This document shows, in pieces, positions 8,673-16,331 of a DNA stretch of 34,055 nt. The DNA lies in the NCBI GenBank assembly GCA_020052135.1, contig JAGVPS010000028.1, positions 1-34,055 on the forward strand, given 5' to 3'. The stretch comes from Minisyncoccota bacterium. Its GTDB lineage: Bacteria; Patescibacteriota; Minisyncoccia; UBA6257; 1-14-0-10-40-38. A program made the translations under genes and the position numbers. The notes beneath the pieces were generated by a model. The model did no database searches. It was not told the origin of the DNA and was given only the letters and a program-made list of their open reading frames with translations. Position 1 is the first letter of the stretch. The number at the start of each line of letters is the position of its first letter.

Positions 8673-10955
8673 ATGGAACGAGAAAGTAATCCCATTGCAG
8701 TCTTTTCATTGGCATACCAGCCATTTGTGGGTGGCGCGGAAATAGCAATCCACGAAATCATACAGCGAATGCCGAAAGAGCAGTTCGTTTGTTTTACGCG
8801 TCGATTTGATGCGTCGTGGCCGAAAAGAGAAACCGAGGGAAATGAGACGATTGTGCGCCTTGGGCGTCCCGCGAGAGAGTATTATGGCCATGCGCTCTTA
8901 AAACTTTTCTATGTATTTCTTGCCTATCGTGCGGCGACGCGGATGCATCGGGAAGAGCCTTTTAAGGCAATCTGGGCGATCATGGCTTCGTATGGCGGCA
9001 TGGCAGCGCTTCTTTTTAAACTTCGGCATCCAAAGATCCCGCTCTTGCTTACGCTCCAAGAAGGTGATTCTGAAACGCATATCTTGAAGCGCGTGGGTAT
9101 TTTCTATCCGATATGGCGACTCATTTTTTTGCGCGCAGATCGCATACAAGTCATTAGCAGCTTCCTTAAAAGTTTCGCCGAGCGACAAGGAGCAATATGC
9201 CCGATAACCGTTATTCCAAACGGCGTTGATTTAAGTAAATTCAAACCAGAAATGGCGGTTGGAAGATTGCTTCATAAAATGTTTACCATTATTACAACAT
9301 CGAGACTTGTCCGGAAAAATGGAATCGATATTCTTGTGAAAGCGATAGTAGTGCTGAAGAAAGAGGGGAAAAAAGTAAGACTTCTTATTATAGGTGGTGG
9401 ACCCGAAGAAGAAGCACTCAAGATACTTGTAAAAGAGCTCGACGTTCAAAACGAAGTAGAGTTTATCGGACAAGTTGCGTCAGATGCAATTCCAGGATAT
9501 TTAAAAAAAACAGCTGACGTTGTGTTTGTTAGACCTTCTCGATCTGAGGGGCTGGGGAGTTCTTTTCTTGAAGCTATGGCAGCAGGAATTCCTATTATTG
9601 GTACTCCTGTTGGAGGTATCTCAGATTTTCTTTTTGATCGAGAAACTGGGCTTTTTGTTCGAGAAGAAGATCCAATTGATCTAGCAAAAAAGATTAGAGA
9701 GCTCATAGATGATTCCCAACTCTGGGATCGTCTTCGAAAAAAAGGTCTCAACCTTATCCAGCGGTATTCATGGGATCAAATCGCCGAAGAGATAGAAGGG
9801 ATATTTCTAGATCTCAAAGTGATCAAGCGCGTAGTTATTGCGACCGGCATCTTCCCCCCGGATATCGGCGGTTCGGCAAGCTATGCCGCAGTGCTCACCG
9901 AGAAATTGCCTGCCTATGGTTGCGCGCCTCTTGTGGTTACCTATGGAAAAGCGCGCCCATCGAAAATCATCTCCGTATCGCGCGGGCTTCCGAAGCCACT
10001 ACGGCATGGGCTCTTTTTTCTGAAAGTGTATATGAGCGCATTGCATGCGGATGTGGTGCTTTCTGCCGATGCTTCGTTTGGCGCAGGCTTTTTTGCGATG
10101 CTCGCCGCGCGTGCGGCGGGAGTACGCGCACTTGTTCGAGTCACGGGAGACTATGCCTGGGAGCAGGGATTGCAGAGATTCAATGTGCGCGATCTCATCG
10201 ATGGATTCCAAAAAAAGCGATATGGATTTTTTGTGGAAGCGTTGCGCTTCTTTCAAAAGGCAACGCTTCGCCTTGCGGATCAGGTGATCGTGCCAAGCGC
10301 ATATCTTGGTGCGCTCGCACGCGGGTGGGGCATCAGGGAGAAAAAAATACAGATTATCTATAATGCTGTCGAGCCGCCCCCTCCGCTTTCGTATGAAAAG
10401 GCGAGACACGCGCTTGGCATAACGGGAGATGTCATTGTTTCTGCTGGAAGACTGGTTCCGTGGAAGGGATTTGAGATGCTTATTCGCTCCCTTCCGGAAA
10501 TCAAAAAAGATTTTCCCCGGCTTACTGTTTTCATCGTTGGTGACGGACCCGAGTGCGCCCATTTAGAAAAGCTGTCGAAAAGCCTCGGAGTTAGCGGCAC
10601 AGTCCGCTTTCTTGGTATCCTGTCGAAGGATATGCTACAGGTTTATCTGCAAGCGGCAGATCTTTTTGTGTTGAATACTTCGTACGAGGGATTTTCCCAT
10701 CAATTGATAGAAGCCATGCTCGTGGGTATTCCCGTCCTCTCTACGGAAGTAGGGGGCAACAGGGAACTGGCTGAACTTGGGAAAAATATCACGCTCATAC
10801 CTTATAACGACGCGGAGGCATTCCAGAAAAATATAGTAGCCCTGCTTAACAGCAAGGCGGAAAAACCTCGGCATTATATAGATAGAAGCCTTGCTGACCG
10901 GGTTTCCGTGTCGAGAATGATACAGGAGCTTGTACGCCTCATGCGTCCTTTATGA
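8673..10955 (+). CDS. Double GT4 glycosyltransferase (two fused GT-B units)
   Basis: Unit 1: GGAE...SRLVRKNG...EGLGSSFLE. Unit 2 from ~9820: IATGIFPPDIGG...AGRLVPWKG...EGFSHQLIE. Confidence 0.88.
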   Translation: MERESNPIAVFSLAYQPFVGGAEIAIHEIIQRMPKEQFVCFTRRFDASWPKRETEGNETIVRLGRPAREYYGHALLKLFYVFLAYRAATRMHREEPFKAIWAIMASYGGMAALLFKLRHPKIPLLLTLQEGDSETHILKRVGIFYPIWRLIFLRADRIQVISSFLKSFAERQGAICPITVIPNGVDLSKFKPEMAVGRLLHKMFTIITTSRLVRKNGIDILVKAIVVLKKEGKKVRLLIIGGGPEEEALKILVKELDVQNEVEFIGQVASDAIPGYLKKTADVVFVRPSRSEGLGSSFLEAMAAGIPIIGTPVGGISDFLFDRETGLFVREEDPIDLAKKIRELIDDSQLWDRLRKKGLNLIQRYSWDQIAEEIEGIFLDLKVIKRVVIATGIFPPDIGGSASYAAVLTEKLPAYGCAPLVVTYGKARPSKIISVSRGLPKPLRHGLFFLKVYMSALHADVVLSADASFGAGFFAMLAARAAGVRALVRVTGDYAWEQGLQRFNVRDLIDGFQKKRYGFFVEALRFFQKATLRLADQVIVPSAYLGALARGWGIREKKIQIIYNAVEPPPPLSYEKARHALGITGDVIVSAGRLVPWKGFEMLIRSLPEIKKDFPRLTVFIVGDGPECAHLEKLSKSLGVSGTVRFLGILSKDMLQVYLQAADLFVLNTSYEGFSHQLIEAMLVGIPVLSTEVGGNRELAELGKNITLIPYNDAEAFQKNIVALLNSKAEKPRHYIDRSLADRVSVSRMIQELVRLMRPL

Positions 10956-12061
10956 AAATCCTTATGATTTCAACCGATGCGCGCATATGCGATGCAGAGT
11001 CTTCAGTCGCTCGGCGCATGCAGGAATACGGCAATCTCTGCGATGAGTTACACATTGTTGTTTTTTGTAAAAAAAATGTGATATATCCTCGACCAGAACG
11101 AATTCGTATTGAAAAACAGACGTGGGTATATCCTACGTGGTCTCGTTACAAGTGGTGTTTTATATGGGATGGGTTAAAAACCGCCAAAACTATTTTGAAT
11201 AAAGAAGAAGCATGGGTCATTACCACTCAAGATCCGTTCGAATCAGGAGTCGTGGGATTCTTGCTTGTGCGGAACTTTCCCGAGGCTCGACTTCAAGTAC
11301 AAGCACACACTGATTTTTTAAGCCCCTTCTTTCGTGCAGAGTCTCTTAAAAATAGATTTCGTGGCACACTCGCCCGTTTTTCTATACGACGTGCCGATAG
11401 TATTCGGGTAGTGAGCGAACGAATTAAACAATCAATCATAATAAAGTACGGCGTGCCAAGCTCACAGATTGTGACGTTGCCTATTTTCGTAGACGTGAAA
11501 AAAATAAGAGAAGTGCCGCCCACACTCGACCTTCGAAAAAAATATGCGGGGAAAAGCCCCATCTTTCTCATAGCGTCGCGCCTTACCAAAGAAAAGAATA
11601 TTCCGCTTGCCCTTCGGGCGTTCCGGGAGGTGTGTTTAGCGAATCCAAACGCGTTACTCGTGATTGTGGGGGAGGGACCAGAGAAGTCAAAAATCCAATT
11701 ACTGATTACCCGCTACCAATTACAGAAGAATGTAATTCTTGAGCCATGGACGGACGATCTTTCATCCCACTATAAAACAGCAGATTGTTTTTTGCTCACC
11801 TCAAACTATGAGGGGTATGGCAGAACCATCGTTGAGGCGCTTGCCGCGGGCTGTCCGGTTATATCAAGCGACGTAGGTGTCGCGCGTGAGGCCATAACTC
11901 CTGAAAGCGGAAGCATATTCACGGTGGGGAATAGCCACGCGCTTGCACTGCTCCTTAAAGAGGTTATGCAAGGAAAGAAGTTTCAGCCAACCCTCCCCAA
12001 AAAATTTGATATATCAAAAGAGGAATACCTACAGCAGTGGCAACGCATGATGAGCAAATAG
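10952..12061 (+). CDS. GT4 family glycosyltransferase
   Basis: TQDPFESG, SRLTKEKN and EGYGRTIVE motifs; ATGA overlap with the upstream gene. Confidence 0.9.
   Translation: MKILMISTDARICDAESSVARRMQEYGNLCDELHIVVFCKKNVIYPRPERIRIEKQTWVYPTWSRYKWCFIWDGLKTAKTILNKEEAWVITTQDPFESGVVGFLLVRNFPEARLQVQAHTDFLSPFFRAESLKNRFRGTLARFSIRRADSIRVVSERIKQSIIIKYGVPSSQIVTLPIFVDVKKIREVPPTLDLRKKYAGKSPIFLIASRLTKEKNIPLALRAFREVCLANPNALLVIVGEGPEKSKIQLLITRYQLQKNVILEPWTDDLSSHYKTADCFLLTSNYEGYGRTIVEALAAGCPVISSDVGVAREAITPESGSIFTVGNSHALALLLKEVMQGKKFQPTLPKKFDISKEEYLQQWQRMMSK
11696..11723 (+). repeat. Degenerate heptamer array without the 21-bp unit (empty site)
   Basis: CAATTAC-TGATTAC-CCGCTAC-CAATTAC encoding QLLITRYQL, at the same GT4 position (after GxGPE) as the filled sites. 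Confidence 0.75.
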
Positions 12062-12112
12062 GTTGTAAAACACGGACTTGCCATGAGAGAATGAGCCGTA
12101 CCTGAAACTCTT

Positions 12113-12820
12113 ATGAAAACCTACAAGAAAATTTCGATCGTCATCCCGGCGTACAACGAAAAAAATACGATTGAGGAGATTATTCGCCGCGTAAAAGCCG
12201 CAGATGTGTTGGGTTTAGAAAAAGAGATTATCGTTGTAGACGATGGCTCAAAGGACGGCACGCGGGATATGCTAAAAGCCATTCCCGGCATCAGGTATAT
12301 TTTTCATGAAAAGAACAAGGGAAAAGGGGGGGCGGTAAAGACGGGCATTGCCTCTGCCACGGGCGACATCATCATCTTTCAAGATGCCGATCTTGAATAT
12401 GACCCAAATGATTATGCCGCGATGATTAGCCCTATTATCGAGGGTGGAACATTGGTCACAAACAGCGTGCGCATCAAGCCGGAGCGAGATGGTCGCCGTA
12501 GAAAATCCCTCTATTGGATAAGCTGGGCGGCGAACGGAGCCATCACGCTTCTCACGAACGTTTTATATTTTCATTGGAGCGGGGAATACGAGGGATGTTA
12601 TAAGGCATTTGACGCAGAAGTTTTAAAGAGTGTCGAGGTAAAAACAAACAATTTTGATTTTGATAACGAGCTCGTGTGCAAGCTCCTGAAGCGCGGTTAC
12701 AAGATCGTTGATGTTCCTATACGCTACTATCCACGGAACTATGAAGAAGGAAAGAAAATAAACTGGAAACACGGTTTTTTGATTTTGTGGACGATCGCGA
12801 AATACAGGTTTGTAAAATGA
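12113..12820 (+). CDS. GT2 family glycosyltransferase (DPM1/polyprenol-phosphate glycosyltransferase-like)
   Basis: IPAYNE, VDDGSKDGT, NKGKGGA, QDADLEYDP and GKKI motifs. Confidence 0.9.
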   Translation: MKTYKKISIVIPAYNEKNTIEEIIRRVKAADVLGLEKEIIVVDDGSKDGTRDMLKAIPGIRYIFHEKNKGKGGAVKTGIASATGDIIIFQDADLEYDPNDYAAMISPIIEGGTLVTNSVRIKPERDGRRRKSLYWISWAANGAITLLTNVLYFHWSGEYEGCYKAFDAEVLKSVEVKTNNFDFDNELVCKLLKRGYKIVDVPIRYYPRNYEEGKKINWKHGFLILWTIAKYRFVK

Positions 12821-12942
12821 AACTCCCCGTGCTCACGCCCGTGGTATCTAAGTTTCACCCCGCCATCGGCGGGGTTTATTAAATCCCTCACCGCTTTCAT
12901 ACCCGTGCTCACGCACAGGGTATTCAGCGGGGATTTAATAAA
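12817..12942 (+). mobile_element. ~125-bp hairpin-rich REP/MITE-like element, left copy
   Basis: 12817-12877 matches the reverse complement of 17116-17176 at 53/61 positions without gaps. It contains CCCGTGCTCACGC twice (12826-12838, 12902-12914), a CCCCGCC/GGCGGGG hairpin and a 13-bp inverted repeat at 12875-12887/12930-12942. Confidence 0.65.
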
Positions 12943-12985
12943 AAAATACCCCCAGAGCCTCGCGCGAGGTTGAAGGTGATTGCGG

Positions 12986-13681
12986 TCAGTAGTACACGAC
13001 CGCGTAAGCCGAAATCGCAGATACTCCCCACTGCCTGTGGTTGAATTCCGATTGGGGAGTTAGTACGTACTCTCCGGCATTGATGTGAAGAGGATCTCGT
13101 GACATTGAGAAAAACCTGAGAGAACCCTCAAACACCATCACGAGTTGATGTTGCCACTGGTCGAGACAGCGTGGACCGCCAAGCACAAGGCCTGGATTGG
13201 ATCCAGGAACGTGCTGAGCTGGATGGTGGGAGTGATACTCGTAACCCTCGCCCCAGCCGAAACTCCGAGGTTGTTGGGAGACGAAGCGGCAGATGGTAGT
13301 GCTCCATGCCTCCTCAGAGCTCGCTGGCAGAAACCAAGTGCGTGGTTCGTTTGCAGGAAGCTCAATCCCTGCTCCTTCCTCGAGGAGCGCGATGTCGTCA
13401 TCATGTTCGCACGCGAAAAGGCCGTGGAGCACTTGTACTGCCTCGAGTCGTCCTCCGTGGGCTGGGAGTGGCGGTTGCCATCCTGGGTAGCCATCCCGCT
13501 GTACGTACTTCTGAGAGCGCGCCTCACGACCCGCCTTCCAAAGCTTCACCATGAGACCGTGCGGATCGTCCTTTGCGACGAAGCGGGGATCATCGGGCGC
13601 AAACTGGTTGCCAATGAGCCACTCGCCGTCCGGATGTTCTACCGTGCCTTGCCAGAGGCCGGGTCCAATACTTCGGAACAA
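12986..13681 (-). CDS. Hypothetical protein, probable tandem (bi-)cupin
   Basis: Two cupin-like segments: EAVQVLHG..LEEGAGIELPANEPRTW and QLVMVFEG..INAGEYVLTP..NHRQW. GGAGG lies 7 nt before the TTG start, and the gene has its own promoter. Confidence 0.6.
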   Translation of the reverse strand: MFRSIGPGLWQGTVEHPDGEWLIGNQFAPDDPRFVAKDDPHGLMVKLWKAGREARSQKYVQRDGYPGWQPPLPAHGGRLEAVQVLHGLFACEHDDDIALLEEGAGIELPANEPRTWFLPASSEEAWSTTICRFVSQQPRSFGWGEGYEYHSHHPAQHVPGSNPGLVLGGPRCLDQWQHQLVMVFEGSLRFFSMSRDPLHINAGEYVLTPQSEFNHRQWGVSAISAYAVVYY

Positions 13682-13721
13682 GAGTATTCCTCCGGTAAGG
13701 GGAAAGTGATCGCGAGATTAT

Positions 13722-13749
13722 ATAATATATCGTTTTGAAATCTTGTCAA
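13722..13749 (-). promoter_or_regulatory. Sigma70 promoter for the bicupin gene
   Basis: TTGACA (13749-13744)-16 nt-TATTAT (13727-13722) on the minus strand. Confidence 0.6.
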
Positions 13750-13767
13750 CTAGCTAGCGGCAAATAG

Positions 13768-13796
13768 TTGACATATTTTTCTAGAAAATGTATTAT
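13768..13796 (+). promoter_or_regulatory. Sigma70 promoter for DUF218-like paralog 1
   Basis: TTGACA-17 nt-TATTAT. Confidence 0.75.
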
Positions 13797-13847
13797 AGCT
13801 TTCAGCTAGGTTACCCGAACGATCACTTTTTATAGGGAGGTAATAGC

Positions 13848-14486
13848 ATTTCCACTGCTGAATCCGATCAATTGGCCGAACTGCTCGTTCGCGTGTTGTG
13901 CGATGAACATCGGGAAGACTCGGAAGTGGTGTACGCAGTCACGGAAACGGGCGACAACGAGGACTCTATCTTTCGAACCGCTGCTCGAATCCACCGTACC
14001 CACCGTGTTCCGGTAGCCGTGAGCGATGCTACCACGGCGACGGGGTATCCGGGCTTCATCAAATGGGCCGGAAAGCTGCGCTCCCATTACCGGGTATCCG
14101 AGATCATCTGCATACGTCCGCCTGCCGGAGGAGCTCTGAACACCAACACGGAATTTCTGGAGTTCGTGTTGGTTGCGCGGGAAGAGGGGTGGCGCGCGGT
14201 GACAATTGTGGCTTCGCCGTTTCATCAACCCCGCTCATTCATCAATGCTGTAACAGCCGCAATCCGTATCTACCCCGATCTTTGCATCTACGGAGCTGTT
14301 GGGGTGGCACAGAACTGGCTCGAAGACGTGCGTTACTCTCAAGGCATTCACATGGGAGCACGCGCACGGCTTGTGCATGCGGAGATGGATCGCATCCGGA
14401 GATACACGACCCAGGGAGACCTTCTTCCCGCCTCTGAGATTCTCGACTACCTGAACGCCCGGGACGCACGCGTCCATTCATCATGA
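13848..14486 (+). CDS. DUF218/YdcF-like protein, paralog 1 (probable ATT start; ORF track start TTG 13872)
   Basis: NTNTE and VASPFHQPRSF resemble the DUF218 NT.EN / VTS.FH..RA motifs. GGAGG at 13836-13840 lies 7 nt before ATT 13848. Confidence 0.7.
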   Translation: MSTAESDQLAELLVRVLCDEHREDSEVVYAVTETGDNEDSIFRTAARIHRTHRVPVAVSDATTATGYPGFIKWAGKLRSHYRVSEIICIRPPAGGALNTNTEFLEFVLVAREEGWRAVTIVASPFHQPRSFINAVTAAIRIYPDLCIYGAVGVAQNWLEDVRYSQGIHMGARARLVHAEMDRIRRYTTQGDLLPASEILDYLNARDARVHSS

Positions 14487-14487
14487 C

Positions 14488-14527
14488 CCGCAGATAAGCA
14501 ATCGGTTTGCTGTCTGCGGTTTTTTTT
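14488..14527 (+). terminator. Intrinsic terminator
   Basis: CCGCAGA..AGCAA/TTGCT..TCTGCGG stem followed by T8. Confidence 0.85.
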
Positions 14528-14546
14528 GCTAAAAATATAAAAAAAG

Positions 14547-14593
14547 AACCCTTGACGATATCGCCGTAGCGATTGGGTTCTAACGGGTAGAGT
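14547..14593. repeat. ~47-nt hairpin motif, copy B (similar to 1958-2006); could act as the minus-strand terminator of the ClpP-like gene
   Basis: AGAACCC/GGGTTCT outer stem, ATCGC/GCGAT inner stem with a CGTA loop, and an A-tract upstream (U-tract on the minus strand). Confidence 0.55.
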
Positions 14594-14598
14594 TATAC

Positions 14599-15165
14599 CT
14601 ACTCCTCCTCATCTGCTGGAAGGTACTCATCCTCGGGCACGATCTCGTGAATGATGCCGTAGTGGAGGGCTTCTCGGGCGGAAAGCGTTGCCTTGCTCCT
14701 CATGAAGTTCAAAAGGGTAGCAGTAGGGATTCCCGTCTGCTCCTTCATAAAGGAGAGAAACCAGCCTTGAGCGGCTCTCATGCGACGGAGCCACTCCTCG
14801 ATCACTTCTCGCTTTTCGGCCATGACTTCATCCTCGAAGTACCGCCTCACCATTTCGACGTCGCAGATGGTGACTGCGTGTCCGTTGATGAGTGTCCTAA
14901 CTTCATGAAAGAAGAAGGTTGCGCTTGGGAAGGCTCGTCGGCTACGACCCAAGAGGAAAAGGATGATCGCGGCCGAATAGACATCCCCGGCGAGCGTAAT
15001 GATTCCACGACGCTCGATACTGGGAGCCCGAGAGGAGAAGAAGTCGAATCTACCCCCTGGCGAACTCACATACACGCATTGAGGAGCATCGGGTCGCTGT
15101 AGCGAGAGCAAAAGGCCATCGACCGTCTCTTCGCTGATCTTTTCTTCAAAGCATAGGTATTTCAC
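14599..15165 (-). CDS. ClpP-like (S14/crotonase-fold) protease homolog
   Basis: YVSSPGG, GDVYSAA (Ser), FFFHE (His) and LSAREALHYGIIHEI match ClpP blocks; GTG start with an AGGAG SD. Confidence 0.8.
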   Translation of the reverse strand: MKYLCFEEKISEETVDGLLLSLQRPDAPQCVYVSSPGGRFDFFSSRAPSIERRGIITLAGDVYSAAIILFLLGRSRRAFPSATFFFHEVRTLINGHAVTICDVEMVRRYFEDEVMAEKREVIEEWLRRMRAAQGWFLSFMKEQTGIPTATLLNFMRSKATLSAREALHYGIIHEIVPEDEYLPADEEE

Positions 15166-15201
15166 TAAAAACTCCTGGGTTGGGTTGGAGTGCCGAAGCT
15201 A

Positions 15202-15230
15202 TTTATAATCTGATTTATAAAAATAGTCAA
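15202..15230 (-). promoter_or_regulatory. Sigma70 promoter for the ClpP-like gene
   Basis: TTGACT-17 nt-TATAAA on the minus strand. Confidence 0.6.
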
Positions 15231-15414
15231 GGATTTCTGGACAAAAAAGTGATGATATGACATTCTATATTCAGTTCAACGGCCCGACTCTCACCCCGAG
15301 AAAGATGCACACTTTTTTGTTCATGGTTTTCTCAAAAGTATGCGCCGAAATTTTCGGATTCAAAAGGGAATCTAGGTAAAAAGTTCCACCATAAACTCAC
15401 AGCCAGAAGGTTTT

Positions 15415-16230
15415 ATGAAAACAACCGTGTTTGATCCAGGGGCGAAAGATGGAAGGGTGAGTATGGCTATGAAGGGAGTGGCGTACGAGGCTGGGCGATT
15501 ACTCCGCTCGATGCAGAGCACTGGCCTCGATCGTGACATGAAGGGATCTCACGATTTTTCGACTGCGGCCGACCTTGCGTCTCAACGATTAATTCGAGAG
15601 AAACTCTCCAGTGTTTTTCCTGACGTGGCAATCGTGGCAGAAGAGGACGATGAACATGTGCTCAAACAGACGTGCTTCATCGTCGATCCGCTCGATGCGA
15701 CGTACAACTACAGCGTTGGAGGTTCTGATTGGGGCGTTGTTATCGGCCTCCTTACCTACGGGAATCCGGTGCGCGCGGTGCTCTACCAGCCGAACGCAGA
15801 CCTCATCGTCGAGGTAGCTCAAGGAGGGGGCGTTTTAATGAACGGAGTGCCGTGCGTGCCTCCGCTCGAACGTCCGCTCAAAGAGTCTATCATCGGCACT
15901 GAGATCGTGTGGTCTAACCCCGAGGGGTTTATCGACCACGTAATAAAGCCACTTCAGAAGCAATGTCTTGGTTTGGTGTGTCCGCTTTCGGCAAGCGCTG
16001 GAGTTGTGAAGTTGCTTCGGGGTGAGATTGCCGCCTACGTTAACCTTACGCATGGCAAGGTGTGGGACTTCGTGGTCCACGCGCTCGCCATGGAGGAATG
16101 GGGAGGCGTCGCTCTTGCTCCCAATGGCATGCCGCTTCAGTGGGATAGTCTCCCGATGCGCGGAGTGTTCTCGCCGCACCAGAAGCTTGCCGAGGCGCTC
16201 CTTACGCTCACCCGAAGGGTGGAACAGTAA
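15415..16230 (+). CDS. Inositol monophosphatase family (FIG superfamily) protein
   Basis: DFSTAAD, VAEE, IVDPLDATYNY and KVWD motifs. Confidence 0.88.
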   Translation: MKTTVFDPGAKDGRVSMAMKGVAYEAGRLLRSMQSTGLDRDMKGSHDFSTAADLASQRLIREKLSSVFPDVAIVAEEDDEHVLKQTCFIVDPLDATYNYSVGGSDWGVVIGLLTYGNPVRAVLYQPNADLIVEVAQGGGVLMNGVPCVPPLERPLKESIIGTEIVWSNPEGFIDHVIKPLQKQCLGLVCPLSASAGVVKLLRGEIAAYVNLTHGKVWDFVVHALAMEEWGGVALAPNGMPLQWDSLPMRGVFSPHQKLAEALLTLTRRVEQ

Positions 16231-16240
16231 CCATCCTTTA

Positions 16241-16266
16241 TCCCTCGCACGCGGGGGAATTTTTTT
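16241..16266 (+). terminator. Probable intrinsic terminator
   Basis: TCCCTCGC/GCGGGGGA stem followed by a T-tract that runs into the next -35 box. Confidence 0.55.
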
Positions 16267-16293
16267 GACAAAAAATCTGTCTACTTGTACCAT
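16265..16293 (+). promoter_or_regulatory. Sigma70 promoter for DUF218-like paralog 2
   Basis: TTGACA-17 nt-TACCAT. Confidence 0.65.
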
Positions 16294-16331
16294 CTTTTGA
16301 GTACTACATCTCTAGGGAGATATGACAAGCA

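Noticed and set aside
12326..12332. G7 tract in the GT2 gene (and A/T runs of 8-9 elsewhere) as phase-variation sites
   Set aside because: The tracts are short, in frame, and explained by conserved Gly-Gly or Lys-rich codons.
13145..13738. 197-aa plus-strand ORF overlapping the bicupin gene
   Set aside because: No recognisable motifs, whereas the minus-strand ORF has a promoter, an SD and a cupin pattern; treated as a shadow ORF.
14119..14129. CCGCCTGCCGG, a partial match to the 21-bp unit inside DUF218-like paralog 1
   Set aside because: Only 11 bp, with no second hairpin arm and no heptamer flanks; compatible with chance in GC-rich sequence.
15245..15414. Long leader upstream of the IMPase gene as a riboswitch or ncRNA
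   Set aside because: Only a small CCGAAA/TTTCGG hairpin is visible; no recognisable aptamer or terminator.
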